A stretch of DNA of 64,000 nt, taken from the sequence record NC_054931.1. One strand, 5' to 3'. Below are positions 19,218 through 39,909 of this stretch, in pieces; positions within the stretch are counted from its first letter, which is position 1, and the number at the start of each line of letters is the position of its first letter. This DNA comes from Escherichia phage T2. The notes beneath the pieces are model-generated. The model did no database searches and was not told where the DNA came from. It saw only the letters and a program-made list of their open reading frames with translations. A program made the translations under genes and the position numbers.

Positions 19218-20084
19218 ATGTTCATTCAAGAACCAAAGAAATTGATTGATACCGGCGAAATTGGTAACGCTTCTACTGGTGATATCTTATTCGACGGTGG
19301 TAATAAAATTAATAGTGATTTTAACGCAATTTATAATGCGTTTGGCGATCAGCGTAAAATGGCAGTAGCAAATGGCACTGGAGCAGATGGTCAAATTATC
19401 CATGCTACTGGATATTATCAAAAACACTCTATTACAGAGTACGCAACTCCAGTAAAAGTTGGCACTAGGCATGATATTGATACCTCTACTGTAGGTGTTA
19501 AAGTTATCATTGAAAGAGGCGAACTTGGCGACTGCGTTGAATTTATTAACTCTAATGGATCAATATCAGTTACTAATCCTCTAACAATTCAAGCTATTGA
19601 TTCAATTAAAGGTGTTTCAGGTAATTTAGTAGTAACTAGCCCATATAGTAAAGTTACTTTACGCTGTATTTCATCTGATAATTCTACATCGGTTTGGAAT
19701 TATTCTATTGAAAGTATGTTTGGACAAAAGGAATCACCAGCTGAAGGTACATGGAATGTTTCTACATCCGGATCAGTTGATATTCCACTATTTCAACGCA
19801 CTGAATACAATATGGCTAAATTGCTAGTTACGTGCCAATCAGTAGATGGAAGAAAAATTAAAACAGCAGAAATAAATATTCTTGTGGATACTGTTAATTC
19901 AGAGGTAATTTCTTCTGAATATGCTGTCATGCGAGTTGGGAATGAAACCGAAGAAGATGAAATCGCTAATATTGCATTTAGTATTAAAGAAAACTATGTA
20001 ACGGCGACTATAAGTTCTTCAACTGTCGGTATGAGAGCAGCAGTTAAAGTTATCGCTACGCAGAAAATCGGGGTGGCTCAATAA
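19218..20084 (+). CDS. 9: baseplate wedge / long tail fibre socket gp9
   Basis: 288 aa, matches T4 gp9. Confidence 0.95.
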   Translation: MFIQEPKKLIDTGEIGNASTGDILFDGGNKINSDFNAIYNAFGDQRKMAVANGTGADGQIIHATGYYQKHSITEYATPVKVGTRHDIDTSTVGVKVIIERGELGDCVEFINSNGSISVTNPLTIQAIDSIKGVSGNLVVTSPYSKVTLRCISSDNSTSVWNYSIESMFGQKESPAEGTWNVSTSGSVDIPLFQRTEYNMAKLLVTCQSVDGRKIKTAEINILVDTVNSEVISSEYAVMRVGNETEEDEIANIAFSIKENYVTATISSSTVGMRAAVKVIATQKIGVAQ

Positions 20085-21892
20085 TGAAACAAAATATTAA
20101 TATCGGTAATGTTGTAGATGATGGTACCGGTGACTACCTGCGTAAAGGTGGTATAAAAATAAATGAAAACTTTGATGAGCTTTATTATGAACTCGGTGAT
20201 GGTGATGTTCCATATTCAGCCGGTGCCTGGAAAACTTATAATGCTTCATCAGGACAAACATTAACAGCAGAATGGGGAAAATCATACGCTATTAATACAT
20301 CTTCTGGAAGAGTGACTATAAATCTTCCAAAGGGTACAGTTAATGATTACAACAAGGTAATTAGAGCTAGAGACGTATTTGCTACATGGAACGTCAACCC
20401 AGTTACACTAGTAGCTGCTTCCGGCGATACGATTAAAGGGTCTGCAGTACCAGTTGAAATTAATGTTCAATTCAGCGATTTAGAACTAGTGTATTGTGCC
20501 CCAGGACGTTGGGAATATGTCAAAAATAAACAAATTGACAAAATTACCAGTTCAGACATTAGTAATGTAGCTCGTAAAGAATTTTTAGTCGAAGTCCAAG
20601 GGCAAACAGACTTTTTAGATGTTTTCAGTGGAACTAGTTATAATGTAAATAACATCAGAGTAAAACATCGTGGTAACGAATTATATTATGGCGATGTGTT
20701 TAGCGAAAACAGCGATTTTGGCTCTCCAGGCGAAAATGAAGGAGAACTGGTTCCTCTTGATGGATTTAATATTCGATTAAGACAGCCTTGTAATATTGGT
20801 GACACTGTTCAAATTGAAACATTTATGGATGGTGTATCGCAGTGGAGAAGTTCATATACAAGACGTCAAATTAGATTGTTAGATTCAAAATTAACGTCAA
20901 AAACTTCTCTAGAAGGAAGTATTTACGTTACTGATTTATCAACAATGAAATCAATTCCATTTTCTGCTTTTGGATTAATTCCAGGAGAACCTATTAATCC
21001 TAATTCTCTTGAAGTTAGTTTTAATGGAATTTTACAAGAATTGGCTGGAACAGTTGGAATGCCATTATTTCATTGTGTTGGTGCCGATTCAGACGATGAA
21101 GTAGAATGCTCTGTTTTAGGTGGAACTTGGGAACAATCTCATACCGATTATTCAGTTGAAACTGATGAAAACGGCATACCAGAAATTTTACATTTCGATA
21201 GAGTATTTGAGCATGGTGACATTATCAATATCACCTGGTTTAATAATGATTTGGGTACATTATTAACAAAAGATGAGATTATTGATGAAACTGATAATCT
21301 CTATGTATCGCAAGGACCGGGAGTAGATATTTCCGGTGATGTAAATTTAACAGACTTTGATAAAATTGGTTGGCCAAATGTAGAAGCAGTTCAATCTTAT
21401 CAACGCGAATTTACTGCTGTTTCAAATATCTTTGATACGATTTATCCTATTGGAACTATATATGAAAACGCTGTTAATCCAAATAACCCTGTTACATATA
21501 TGGGATTCGGCTCATGGAAATTATTTGGGCAAGGAAAAGTTTTAGTTGGATGGAATGAAGATATTTCGGACCCTAACTTTGCTCTAAATAACAACGATTT
21601 AGATTCTGGTGGAAATCCTTCGCATACTGCAGGCGGAACAGGTGGTTCTACTTCTGTTACATTGGAAAATGCTAATCTTCCTGCAACCGAGACAGATGAA
21701 GAAGTTCTAATAGTTGATGAAAATGGATCAGTCATTGTTGGTGGATGTCAATACGATCCAGATGAATCCGGTCCAATTTATACTAAATACCGTGAAGCTA
21801 AAGCATCTACTAACTCTACTCACACTCCGCCAACATCAATAACTAACATTCAACCATATATTACAGTTTATCGTTGGATAAGGATTGCATAA
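20084..21892 (+). CDS. 10: baseplate wedge / short tail fibre attachment gp10
   Basis: 602 aa, matches T4 gp10. Confidence 0.95.
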   Translation: MKQNINIGNVVDDGTGDYLRKGGIKINENFDELYYELGDGDVPYSAGAWKTYNASSGQTLTAEWGKSYAINTSSGRVTINLPKGTVNDYNKVIRARDVFATWNVNPVTLVAASGDTIKGSAVPVEINVQFSDLELVYCAPGRWEYVKNKQIDKITSSDISNVARKEFLVEVQGQTDFLDVFSGTSYNVNNIRVKHRGNELYYGDVFSENSDFGSPGENEGELVPLDGFNIRLRQPCNIGDTVQIETFMDGVSQWRSSYTRRQIRLLDSKLTSKTSLEGSIYVTDLSTMKSIPFSAFGLIPGEPINPNSLEVSFNGILQELAGTVGMPLFHCVGADSDDEVECSVLGGTWEQSHTDYSVETDENGIPEILHFDRVFEHGDIINITWFNNDLGTLLTKDEIIDETDNLYVSQGPGVDISGDVNLTDFDKIGWPNVEAVQSYQREFTAVSNIFDTIYPIGTIYENAVNPNNPVTYMGFGSWKLFGQGKVLVGWNEDISDPNFALNNNDLDSGGNPSHTAGGTGGSTSVTLENANLPATETDEEVLIVDENGSVIVGGCQYDPDESGPIYTKYREAKASTNSTHTPPTSITNIQPYITVYRWIRIA

Positions 21893-22547
21893 TGAGTTTA
21901 CTTAATAACAAAGCGGGAGTTATTTCCCGCTTAGCCGATTTTCTTGGTTTTAGACCTAAAACTGGCGACATTGATGTAATGAATCGTCAATCAGTCGGGT
22001 CAGTGACAATATCTCAATTAGCGAAAGGATTTTATGAACCAAACATAGAATCAGCTATTAATGACGTTCATAATTTTTCTATAAAAGACGTTGGTACAAT
22101 TATTACTAATAAAACTGGTGTTTCTCCTGAGGGTGTTTCTCAAACTGATTATTGGGCATTTTCTGGAACTGTAACAGACGATTCTCTTCCTCCGGGTTCT
22201 CCTGTTACGGTATTAGTATTTGGTCTTCCAGTTTCAGCAACAACTGGAATGACGGCAATTGAGTTTGTTGCAAAAGTTCGTGTTGCCCTTCAAGAAGCTA
22301 TTGCATCATTTACTGCTATCAACTCATATAAAGACCATCCAACAGATGGTAGTAAATTAGAAGTTACTTATTTAGATAATCAAAAACATGTATTAAGCAC
22401 ATATTCTACATATGGAATAACTATTTCGCAGGAAATTATTTCTGAGTCTAAACCTGGCTATGGTACATGGAATTTATTAGGCGCACAAACTGTAACTTTA
22501 GATAATCAGCAGACTCCTACAGTATTTTATCATTTTGAGAGAACAGC

Positions 22548-22551
<4 letters not shown>
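21892..22551 (+). CDS. 11: baseplate wedge protein gp11
   Basis: 219 aa from [17 protein letters not shown]; TAATG overlap with gene 10 stop; track ORF starts 6 codons earlier. Confidence 0.9.
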
Positions 22552-25591
<3,040 letters not shown>

Positions 25592-25594
25592 CAT

Positions 25595-25610
25595 GGGGCC
25601 GCAAGGCCCC
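25595..25610 (+). terminator. GC hairpin GGGGCC-GCAA-GGCCCC after wac (intercistronic hairpin, weak T-tract)
   Basis: Perfect 6-bp stem with GCAA tetraloop. Confidence 0.4.
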
Positions 25611-25622
25611 AAAGGATTTTAA

Positions 25623-27324
<1,702 letters not shown>

Positions 27325-27365
27325 TAAATATTATAAACTAATTAAAGCCCAGATTAGGAGAAGTC

Positions 27366-30506
<3,141 letters not shown>

Positions 30507-30534
30507 TATTAAAGCATATTAAAGAGGATTAAAA

Positions 30535-32514
30535 ATGACTTTATTATCTCCGGGCATTGAGCTCAAAGAAACTACGGTTCAAAGCACCGTGGTTAATAAC
30601 TCTACTGGTACAGCAGCTTTGGCCGGTAAATTCCAGTGGGGTCCTGCTTTTCAGATTAAACAGGTTACAAATGAAGTAGATTTAGTTAATACTTTTGGTC
30701 AACCAACCGCTGAAACTGCTGACTATTTTATGTCTGCGATGAATTTCTTGCAGTACGGAAATGACTTACGAGTAGTTCGTGCTGTTGATAGAGATACCGC
30801 TAAAAACTCATCACCAATCGCTGGTAATATTGAATACACAATTTCTACCCCAGGTAGTAACTATGCGGTTGGAGATAAAATCACAGTCAAATATGTTTCA
30901 GATGATATTGAAACTGAAGGTAAAATTACTGAAGTAGACGCAGATGGAAAAATTAAGAAAATTAATATTCCTACTGCAAAAATTATCGCTAAAGCGAAAG
31001 AAGTCGGTGAATATCCAACACTAGGTTCTAACTGGACTGCGGAAATTTCTTCATCTTCCTCTGGTTTAGCTGCAGTAATAACTCTTGGAAAAATTATTAC
31101 TGATTCTGGTATTTTATTAGCTGAAATTGAAAATGCTGAAGCTGCTATGACAGCGGTTGACTTTCAAGCAAATCTTAAAAAATATGGAATTCCAGGAGTA
31201 GTAGCGCTTTATCCAGGCGAATTAGGCGATAAAATTGAAATTGAAATCGTATCTAAAGCTGACTATGCAAAAGGAGCTTCTGCATTACTCCCAATTTATC
31301 CAGGTGGTGGTACTCGTGCATCTACTGCCAAAGCAGTGTTTGGATATGGACCGCAAACTGATTCACAATACGCTATTATAGTTCGTCGCAATGATGCTAT
31401 TGTTCAAAGCGTTGTTCTTTCAACTAAGCGTGGTGAAAAAGATATTTACGATAGTAACATCTATATCGATGACTTTTTCGCAAAAGGCGGCTCAGAATAT
31501 ATTTTTGCAACTGCACAAAACTGGCCAGAAGGCTTCTCTGGAATTTTAACTCTGTCTGGTGGATTATCATCAAATGCTGAAGTAACAGCAGGAGATTTGA
31601 TGGAAGCTTGGGACTTCTTTGCTGACCGTGAATCCGTTGATGTTCAACTGTTTATTGCGGGTTCTTGTGCCGGTGAATCTTTAGAAACAGCATCTACTGT
31701 CCAAAAACACGTCGTTTCAATTGGGGATGCTCGCCAAGATTGCTTAGTATTGTGCTCTCCTCCGCGTGAAACTGTAGTTGGAATTCCTGTAACTCGTGCA
31801 GTAGATAATTTAGTTAACTGGAGAACTGCGGCAGGTTCATACACTGATAATAACTTTAATATCAGTTCAACCTACGCAGCAATTGATGGTAACTATAAGT
31901 ATCAGTATGACAAATATAATGATGTGAATCGTTGGGTTCCATTAGCAGCTGATATTGCTGGTTTATGCGCAAGAACTGATAACGTATCTCAGACTTGGAT
32001 GTCTCCAGCTGGTTATAATCGTGGCCAGATTCTTAACGTTATTAAACTTGCTATTGAAACTCGCCAGGCTCAGCGCGACCGTTTATACCAAGAAGCTATC
32101 AACCCAGTAACTGGTACAGGTGGCGATGGTTACGTATTGTATGGTGATAAAACAGCTACTTCTGTTCCTTCTCCATTTGATCGTATTAACGTTCGTCGTC
32201 TGTTTAATATGTTGAAAACGAATATCGGACGTAGTTCAAAATATCGTTTGTTCGAATTAAACAACGCGTTTACTCGTTCATCATTCCGCACAGAAACTGC
32301 CCAGTACTTGCAGGGAATTAAAGCTCTCGGTGGAATTTATGAATATCGTGTAGTTTGCGATACAACAAATAACACTCCGTCAGTAATTGATAGAAATGAG
32401 TTTGTTGCAACATTCTACATCCAACCTGCGCGCAGTATAAATTATATTACTTTGAATTTCGTCGCAACGGCTACTGGTGCAGATTTCGATGAGTTAACTG
32501 GTCTTGCAGGTTAA
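30535..32514 (+). CDS. 18: tail sheath protein gp18
   Basis: 659 aa, matches T4 gp18. Confidence 0.95.
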   Translation: MTLLSPGIELKETTVQSTVVNNSTGTAALAGKFQWGPAFQIKQVTNEVDLVNTFGQPTAETADYFMSAMNFLQYGNDLRVVRAVDRDTAKNSSPIAGNIEYTISTPGSNYAVGDKITVKYVSDDIETEGKITEVDADGKIKKINIPTAKIIAKAKEVGEYPTLGSNWTAEISSSSSGLAAVITLGKIITDSGILLAEIENAEAAMTAVDFQANLKKYGIPGVVALYPGELGDKIEIEIVSKADYAKGASALLPIYPGGGTRASTAKAVFGYGPQTDSQYAIIVRRNDAIVQSVVLSTKRGEKDIYDSNIYIDDFFAKGGSEYIFATAQNWPEGFSGILTLSGGLSSNAEVTAGDLMEAWDFFADRESVDVQLFIAGSCAGESLETASTVQKHVVSIGDARQDCLVLCSPPRETVVGIPVTRAVDNLVNWRTAAGSYTDNNFNISSTYAAIDGNYKYQYDKYNDVNRWVPLAADIAGLCARTDNVSQTWMSPAGYNRGQILNVIKLAIETRQAQRDRLYQEAINPVTGTGGDGYVLYGDKTATSVPSPFDRINVRRLFNMLKTNIGRSSKYRLFELNNAFTRSSFRTETAQYLQGIKALGGIYEYRVVCDTTNNTPSVIDRNEFVATFYIQPARSINYITLNFVATATGADFDELTGLAG

Positions 32515-32549
32515 TACGGTGCATTCTAAAGGCCTGTTTCGGCAGGCCA

Positions 32550-32557
32550 TATAAATA
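32550..32557 (+). promoter_or_regulatory. late promoter TATAAATA (gene 19, distal copy)
   Basis: Exact consensus immediately after hairpin GGCCTGTTTCGGCAGGCC (32531-32548). Confidence 0.5.
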
Positions 32558-32608
32558 CACTATATCCTTAATTCTTTAATTCTATATGCCCTAGGTTAAA
32601 CATAGGGA

Positions 32609-32616
32609 TATAAATA
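32609..32616 (+). promoter_or_regulatory. late promoter TATAAATA (gene 19, proximal copy)
   Basis: Exact consensus 15 bp upstream of gene 19 ATG. Confidence 0.55.
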
Positions 32617-32630
32617 CTACAGAGGCTAAT

Positions 32631-33122
32631 ATGTTTGTAGATGATGTAACACGCGCGTTTGAATCAGGTGATTTTGCGCGACCTAACTTATTCCAAGTAG
32701 AAATTTCTTATCTTGGACAAAATTTTACGTTTCAATGTAAAGCCACTGCTTTACCAGCTGGTATTGTAGAAAAAATTCCAGTCGGATTTATGAACCGTAA
32801 AATTAACGTAGCAGGCGATCGTACATTCGATGACTGGACTGTTACAGTAATGAACGATGAAGCTCATGATGCTCGCCAGAAGTTCGTTGATTGGCAAAGC
32901 ATTGCTGCGGGGCAAGGAAACGAAATTACTGGTGGAAAACCTGCAGAGTATAAAAAGAGCGCTATCGTTCGTCAATATGCTCGTGACGCTAAAACAGTAA
33001 CAAAAGAAATTGAAATTAAAGGTCTGTGGCCTACTAACGTGGGTGAACTTCAATTAGATTGGGATTCAAACAATGAAATCCAAACATTTGAAGTAACTCT
33101 TGCTCTCGATTATTGGGAATAA
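32631..33122 (+). CDS. 19: tail tube protein gp19
   Basis: 163 aa, matches T4 gp19. Confidence 0.95.
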   Translation: MFVDDVTRAFESGDFARPNLFQVEISYLGQNFTFQCKATALPAGIVEKIPVGFMNRKINVAGDRTFDDWTVTVMNDEAHDARQKFVDWQSIAAGQGNEITGGKPAEYKKSAIVRQYARDAKTVTKEIEIKGLWPTNVGELQLDWDSNNEIQTFEVTLALDYWE

Positions 33123-33154
33123 AATGAATGGGGAGAAATCCCCATCCTGCTTAA

Positions 33155-34779
<1,625 letters not shown>

Positions 34780-34780
<1 letters not shown>

Positions 34781-35013
34781 TGGAAGGTTTAATTGAAGCT
34801 ATTAAATCAAACGACCTCGTAGCCGCTCGTAAATTATTTGCTGAAGCCATGGCTGCAAGAACGATTGATTTAATTAAAGAAGAAAAAATCGCTATCGCTC
34901 GTAATTTCTTAATCGAAGGTGAAGAACCTGAAGACGAGGATGAAGATGAAGATGATGACGAAGATAGCGATGATAAAGACGAAGACTCTGACGAAGACGA
35001 GGATGATGAATAA
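34780..35013 (+). CDS. 67: prohead core protein gp67 with poly-acidic C-terminus
   Basis: 77 aa; [28 protein letters not shown]...; Asp/Glu tail. Confidence 0.9.
34927..35010 (+). repeat. GAA/GAT/GAC-rich acidic codon repeat within gene 67
   Basis: Run of ~28 consecutive Asp/Glu codons; creates an artefactual poly-Ser ORF on the opposite strand. Confidence 0.7.
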
Positions 35014-35438
35014 TGCTTCTGATCCCTGAAACTCATGAATTAGTTCTCGAAAGTGTCGAAGCACTTATTACTGAAGCACAGGGTCGCTTTGACGAATTGT
35101 CTTCTGCTTTAAATAAAGACGATATAAATACAATTGTCGAGAATATGCTTGATGATGAAACTGATTTAGCGGTTGCATTAGCTTCTATTAATGAAAATAT
35201 GCCGTTAAATGAATTTATCGTTAAACATGTTTCCGCCCGTGGTGAAATTACTCGCACTAAAGATCGCAAAACCCGCGAACGAAATGCATTTCAAACCACT
35301 GGGCTGTCTAAAGCAAAACGTAGACAAATTGCTCGTAAAGCTACCAAAACGAAGATTGCCAATCCAGCAGGTCAATCTCGTGCTCAGCGTAAGCGTAAAA
35401 AAGCTCTTAAACGCCGTAAAGCATTAGGATTAAGCTAA
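35013..35438 (+). CDS. 68: prohead core protein gp68
   Basis: 141 aa, matches T4 gp68. Confidence 0.9.
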   Translation: MLLIPETHELVLESVEALITEAQGRFDELSSALNKDDINTIVENMLDDETDLAVALASINENMPLNEFIVKHVSARGEITRTKDRKTRERNAFQTTGLSKAKRRQIARKATKTKIANPAGQSRAQRKRKKALKRRKALGLS

Positions 35439-36076
35439 TGAATGAACCCCAATTACTAATTGAAACTTGGGGTCAACCTGGCGAAATTATTGATGGCGTG
35501 CCAATGCTTGAATCTCATGATGGAAAAGACTTAGGTTTAAAACCGGGTTTATACATCGAAGGAATATTCATGCAAGCGGAAGTCGTCAATAGAAATAAAC
35601 GTCTTTATCCAAAACGTATATTAGAAAAAGCGGTAAAAGACTATATTAATGAGCAAGTTTTAACTAAACAAGCTCTCGGAGAATTAAATCATCCTCCACG
35701 CGCTAATGTTGACCCGATGCAAGCCGCTATCATTATAGAAGATATGTGGTGGAAAGGAAATGACGTATACGGACGAGCTCGTGTTATTGAAGGTGACCAT
35801 GGTCCTGGAGATAAATTAGCAGCTAATATTCGTGCCGGATGGATTCCAGGAGTTTCTTCTCGTGGATTAGGTTCATTGACTGACACAAATAAAGGTTATC
35901 GTATCGTAAACGAAGGATTCAAATTAACTGTAGGTGTTGATGCAGTATGGGGTCCAAGTGCTCCAGATGCATGGGTAACTCCTAAGGAAATTACCGAATC
36001 ACAGACGGCGGAAGCCGATACAAGTGCCGATGACGCCTATATGGCTCTCGCAGAGGCCATGAAAAAAGCGTTATAA
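35438..36076 (+). CDS. 21: prohead core protease gp21
   Basis: 212 aa, matches T4 gp21. Confidence 0.95.
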   Translation: MNEPQLLIETWGQPGEIIDGVPMLESHDGKDLGLKPGLYIEGIFMQAEVVNRNKRLYPKRILEKAVKDYINEQVLTKQALGELNHPPRANVDPMQAAIIIEDMWWKGNDVYGRARVIEGDHGPGDKLAANIRAGWIPGVSSRGLGSLTDTNKGYRIVNEGFKLTVGVDAVWGPSAPDAWVTPKEITESQTAEADTSADDAYMALAEAMKKAL

Positions 36077-36079
36077 ATA
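36072..36079 (+). promoter_or_regulatory. late promoter TATAAATA (gene 22)
   Basis: Exact consensus overlapping the gene 21 stop. Confidence 0.55.
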
Positions 36080-36106
36080 TTATTATCTAAACAACAGGAC
36101 TACAAA

Positions 36107-36916
36107 ATGCTTAAAGAACAACTGATTGCCGAAGCGCAGAAAATTGATGCTTCCGTTGCTCTTGATAGTATTTTCGAATCAGTTAATATTTCTCCGGAAG
36201 CAAAAGAAACTTTCGGCACTGTATTCGAAGCTACCGTCAAGCAGCACGCCGTTAAATTAGCTGAATCTCATATCGCTAAAATTGCTGAAAAAGCAGAAGA
36301 AGAAGTAGAAAAAAATAAAGAAGAAGCCGAAGAAAAAGCTGAGAAGAAAATCGCTGAGCAAGCTTCTAAATTCATTGACCATCTTGCAAAAGAATGGCTC
36401 GCTGAAAATAAATTAGCAGTTGATAAAGGCATCAAAGCCGAACTGTTTGAATCCATGCTTGGTGGATTAAAAGAGCTCTTTGTTGAACACAACGTTGTTG
36501 TTCCAGAAGAATCAGTTGATATTGTAGCTGAAATGGAAGAAGAGCTGCAAGAACATAAAGAAGAATCAGCTCGTCTGTTCGAAGAACTCAATATGCGCGA
36601 CGCATATATCAATTATGTGCAGCGTGAAGTGGCATTGAGCGAAAGTACTAAAGATCTGACTGAGTCTCAAAAAGAAAAAGTCTCTGCTCTGGTCGAAGGT
36701 ATGGATTATTCAGATGCATTCTCAAGTAAATTGAGTGCCATCGTAGAAATGGTGAAGAAGTCTAATAAAGATGAAAGCACTATTACTGATGGTATAAATA
36801 CTCCTGATACTGAAGCAGCCGGACTGAATTTCGTCACTGAAGCTGTAGAAGATAAAGCTGCACATGGTGCAGAAGATATTGTAAGTGTATATGCGAAAGT
36901 CGCATCTCGTTTCTAA
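36107..36916 (+). CDS. 22: prohead scaffolding core protein gp22
   Basis: 269 aa, matches T4 gp22. Confidence 0.95.
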   Translation: MLKEQLIAEAQKIDASVALDSIFESVNISPEAKETFGTVFEATVKQHAVKLAESHIAKIAEKAEEEVEKNKEEAEEKAEKKIAEQASKFIDHLAKEWLAENKLAVDKGIKAELFESMLGGLKELFVEHNVVVPEESVDIVAEMEEELQEHKEESARLFEELNMRDAYINYVQREVALSESTKDLTESQKEKVSALVEGMDYSDAFSSKLSAIVEMVKKSNKDESTITDGINTPDTEAAGLNFVTEAVEDKAAHGAEDIVSVYAKVASRF

Positions 36917-36934
36917 TTTTAAAGGTTAACACAA

Positions 36935-38500
36935 ATGACTATCAAAACTAAAGCTGAACTTTTGAACAAATGGAAGCCATTACTGGAAGGTGAAGGTTTA
37001 CCGGAAATTGCTAATAGCAAACAAGCGATTATCGCTAAAATCTTTGAAAACCAGGAAAAAGATTTCCAGACAGCTCCGGAATATAAAGACGAAAAAATTG
37101 CTCAGGCATTCGGTTCTTTCTTAACAGAAGCTGAAATCGGTGGTGACCACGGTTACAATGCTACCAACATCGCTGCAGGTCAGACTTCTGGCGCAGTAAC
37201 TCAGATTGGCCCAGCTGTTATGGGTATGGTACGTCGTGCTATTCCTAACCTGATTGCTTTCGATATTTGTGGTGTTCAGCCGATGAACAGCCCGACTGGC
37301 CAGGTATTCGCACTGCGCGCAGTATACGGTAAAGACCCGGTCGCTTCTGGTGCTAAAGAAGCATTCCACCCAATGTATGGTCCAGATGCAATGTTCTCTG
37401 GTCAGGGTGCTGCTAAGAAATTCGCTGCTTTGAAAGCAAGTGATACTCTTGAAGTCGGAACTATTTACACTCACTTCTTCCAGGAAACTGGTACTGTATA
37501 TCTGCAAGCTACAGAAGTTAAACAAATCGATGTCGGTGCTAGTGATGCAGCTAAATTAGATGCTGAAATTAAGAAACAAATGGAAGCTGGTGTACTGGTA
37601 GAAATCGCTGAAGGTATGGCTACTTCTATCGCTGAACTTCAGGAAGGTTTCAATGGTTCTACCGATAACCCATGGAATGAAATGGGCTTCCGTATCGATA
37701 AGCAAGTTATCGAAGCTAAATCTCGCCAGCTGAAAGCTGCTTACTCTATTGAATTAGCACAAGACCTCCGCGCTGTTCACGGTATGGATGCTGATGCTGA
37801 ACTGTCTGGTATTCTGGCTACAGAAATTATGCTGGAAATCAACCGTGAAGTTGTTGATTGGATTAACTACTCAGCTCAGGTTGGTAAATCTGGTATGACC
37901 CTGACTCCAGGTTCTAAAGCTGGTGTATTTGACTTCCAGGACCCAATCGATATTCGTGGTGCTCGCTGGGCGGGTGAATCCTTTAAAGCTCTGTTGTTCC
38001 AGATTGACAAAGAAGCAGTTGAAATTGCTCGTCAGACCGGTCGTGGTGAAGGTAACTTCATTATCGCTTCCCGTAACGTAGTTAACGTTCTGGCTTCAGT
38101 TGATACCGGCATTTCTTATGCTGCACAGGGTCTGGCTACCGGCTTCAACACTGATACTACCAAGTCAGTATTTGCTGGTGTTCTGGGTGGTAAATACCGC
38201 GTATATATCGACCAGTATGCTAAACAGGATTATTTCACTGTAGGTTATAAAGGTCCGAACGAAATGGATGCTGGTATTTACTATGCTCCATATGTAGCTC
38301 TGACTCCGCTGCGTGGTTCCGATCCGAAGAACTTCCAACCGGTAATGGGATTCAAAACTCGTTACGGTATCGGTATCAACCCATTTGCAGAATCCGCTGC
38401 TCAGGCTCCGGCTTCTCGCATCCAGAGCGGTATGCCTTCTATTCTGAATAGCCTTGGTAAAAACGCTTACTTTAGACGTGTATATGTTAAAGGTATCTAA
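36935..38500 (+). CDS. 23: major capsid protein gp23
   Basis: 521 aa, matches T4 gp23; codon usage typical of a highly expressed gene. Confidence 0.95.
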   Translation: MTIKTKAELLNKWKPLLEGEGLPEIANSKQAIIAKIFENQEKDFQTAPEYKDEKIAQAFGSFLTEAEIGGDHGYNATNIAAGQTSGAVTQIGPAVMGMVRRAIPNLIAFDICGVQPMNSPTGQVFALRAVYGKDPVASGAKEAFHPMYGPDAMFSGQGAAKKFAALKASDTLEVGTIYTHFFQETGTVYLQATEVKQIDVGASDAAKLDAEIKKQMEAGVLVEIAEGMATSIAELQEGFNGSTDNPWNEMGFRIDKQVIEAKSRQLKAAYSIELAQDLRAVHGMDADAELSGILATEIMLEINREVVDWINYSAQVGKSGMTLTPGSKAGVFDFQDPIDIRGARWAGESFKALLFQIDKEAVEIARQTGRGEGNFIIASRNVVNVLASVDTGISYAAQGLATGFNTDTTKSVFAGVLGGKYRVYIDQYAKQDYFTVGYKGPNEMDAGIYYAPYVALTPLRGSDPKNFQPVMGFKTRYGIGINPFAESAAQAPASRIQSGMPSILNSLGKNAYFRRVYVKGI

Positions 38501-38515
38501 TCTTTGACGATTTAA

Positions 38516-38540
38516 GGGACCTTCGGGTCCCTTTAGTTGT
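38516..38540 (+). terminator. hairpin GGGACC-TTCG-GGTCCC plus T-run after gene 23
   Basis: Perfect stem with TTCG tetraloop followed by TTTAGTTGTTTTT. Confidence 0.6.
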
Positions 38541-38548
38541 TTTTATGG

Positions 38549-38556
38549 TATAAATA
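38549..38556 (+). promoter_or_regulatory. late promoter TATAAATA (gene 24)
   Basis: Exact consensus ~30 bp upstream of gene 24 ATG. Confidence 0.6.
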
Positions 38557-38583
38557 AATCATATAAACCAAAAGGAAAGCGCA

Positions 38584-39867
38584 ATGGCTAAAATCAACGA
38601 ACTTCTGCGCGAATCAACCACAACGAATAGCAACTCAATCGGTCGCCCAAATCTCGTTGCTTTGACTCGCGCTACCACTAAATTAATATATTCTGACATT
38701 GTAGCAACGCAAAGAACTAATCAACCTGTTGCTGCTTTTTATGGTATCAAATACCTTAACCCAGACAACGAATTTACATTTAAAACTGGTGCTACTTATG
38801 CTGGCGAAGCTGGATATGTAGACCGAGAACAAATCACAGAATTAACAGAAGAGTCTAAATTAACTCTCAATAAAGGCGATTTATTCAAATATAATAATAT
38901 CGTTTATAAAGTATTAGAAGATACACCATTTGCTGATATTGAAGAAAGCGACTTAGAGCTGGCTCTTCAGATTGCAATTGTTCTTTTAAAGGTTCGTCTA
39001 TTTTCTGACGCAGCGTCAACAAGCAAATTTGAAAGCTCTGATAGTGAAATTGCGGATGCTAGATTCCAGATTAATAAATGGCAAACCGCGGTTAAATCTC
39101 GTAAACTTAAAACTGGCATCACAGTTGAATTAGCGCAAGATTTAGAAGCAAATGGATTCGATGCTCCTAATTTCTTGGAAGATTTGCTTGCAACTGAAAT
39201 GGCAGATGAAATCAATAAAGATATTCTGCAATCTTTGATTACAGTGTCAAAACGCTATAAAGTTACAGGAATTACTGATAGTGGATTCATCGATTTGAGT
39301 TATGCGTCTGCACCTGAAGCTGGTCGTTCATTATACCGAATGGTATGTGAAATTGTTTCGCATATCCAAAAAGAATCAACTTATACAGCAACGTTCTGTG
39401 TTGCTTCTGCTCGTGCCGCTGCGATTCTTGCTGCATCAGGTTGGTTAAAACATAAACCAGAAGATGACAAATATCTTTCACAAAATGCCTACGGGTTATT
39501 AGCTAATGGTTTACCGCTTTATTGCGATACTAACAGCCCATTAGATTATGTAATCGTTGGTGTAGTAGAAAATATCGGTGAAAAAGAAATTGTTGGATCA
39601 ATTTTCTATGCTCCGTATACAGAAGGTCTCGACTTAGATGACCCTGAACATGTAGGCGCATTTAAAGTTGTTGTTGATCCAGAAAGCTTACAACCGTCTA
39701 TCAGTTTATTAGTTAGATATGCTTTATCAGCAAATCCTTATACCGTAGCAAAAGATGAAAAAGAAGCAAGAGTAATTGATGGTGGAGACATGGATAAAAT
39801 GGCGGGTCGTTCAGATTTGTCTGTTTTATTAGGTGTTAAATTACCAAAAATTATTATTGATGAATAA
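38584..39867 (+). CDS. 24: capsid vertex protein gp24
   Basis: 427 aa, matches T4 gp24. Confidence 0.95.
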   Translation: MAKINELLRESTTTNSNSIGRPNLVALTRATTKLIYSDIVATQRTNQPVAAFYGIKYLNPDNEFTFKTGATYAGEAGYVDREQITELTEESKLTLNKGDLFKYNNIVYKVLEDTPFADIEESDLELALQIAIVLLKVRLFSDAASTSKFESSDSEIADARFQINKWQTAVKSRKLKTGITVELAQDLEANGFDAPNFLEDLLATEMADEINKDILQSLITVSKRYKVTGITDSGFIDLSYASAPEAGRSLYRMVCEIVSHIQKESTYTATFCVASARAAAILAASGWLKHKPEDDKYLSQNAYGLLANGLPLYCDTNSPLDYVIVGVVENIGEKEIVGSIFYAPYTEGLDLDDPEHVGAFKVVVDPESLQPSISLLVRYALSANPYTVAKDEKEARVIDGGDMDKMAGRSDLSVLLGVKLPKIIIDE

Positions 39868-39873
39868 AACAAA

Positions 39874-39898
39874 GGGACCGAAAGGTCCCTTTTTATTT
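39874..39898. terminator. bidirectional terminator between convergent genes 24 and rnlB
   Basis: Hairpin GGGACC-GAAA-GGTCCC flanked by T-runs on both strands. Confidence 0.65.
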
Positions 39899-39909
39899 AG
39901 CTCACCAAC

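Noticed and set aside
36268-37525. Antisense ORFs inside genes 22 and 23 (114 aa and 134 aa)
   Set aside because: Embedded opposite to well-supported, full-length structural genes with no start context; same reasoning applies to the other short antisense track ORFs inside genes 5 to 54 and alt
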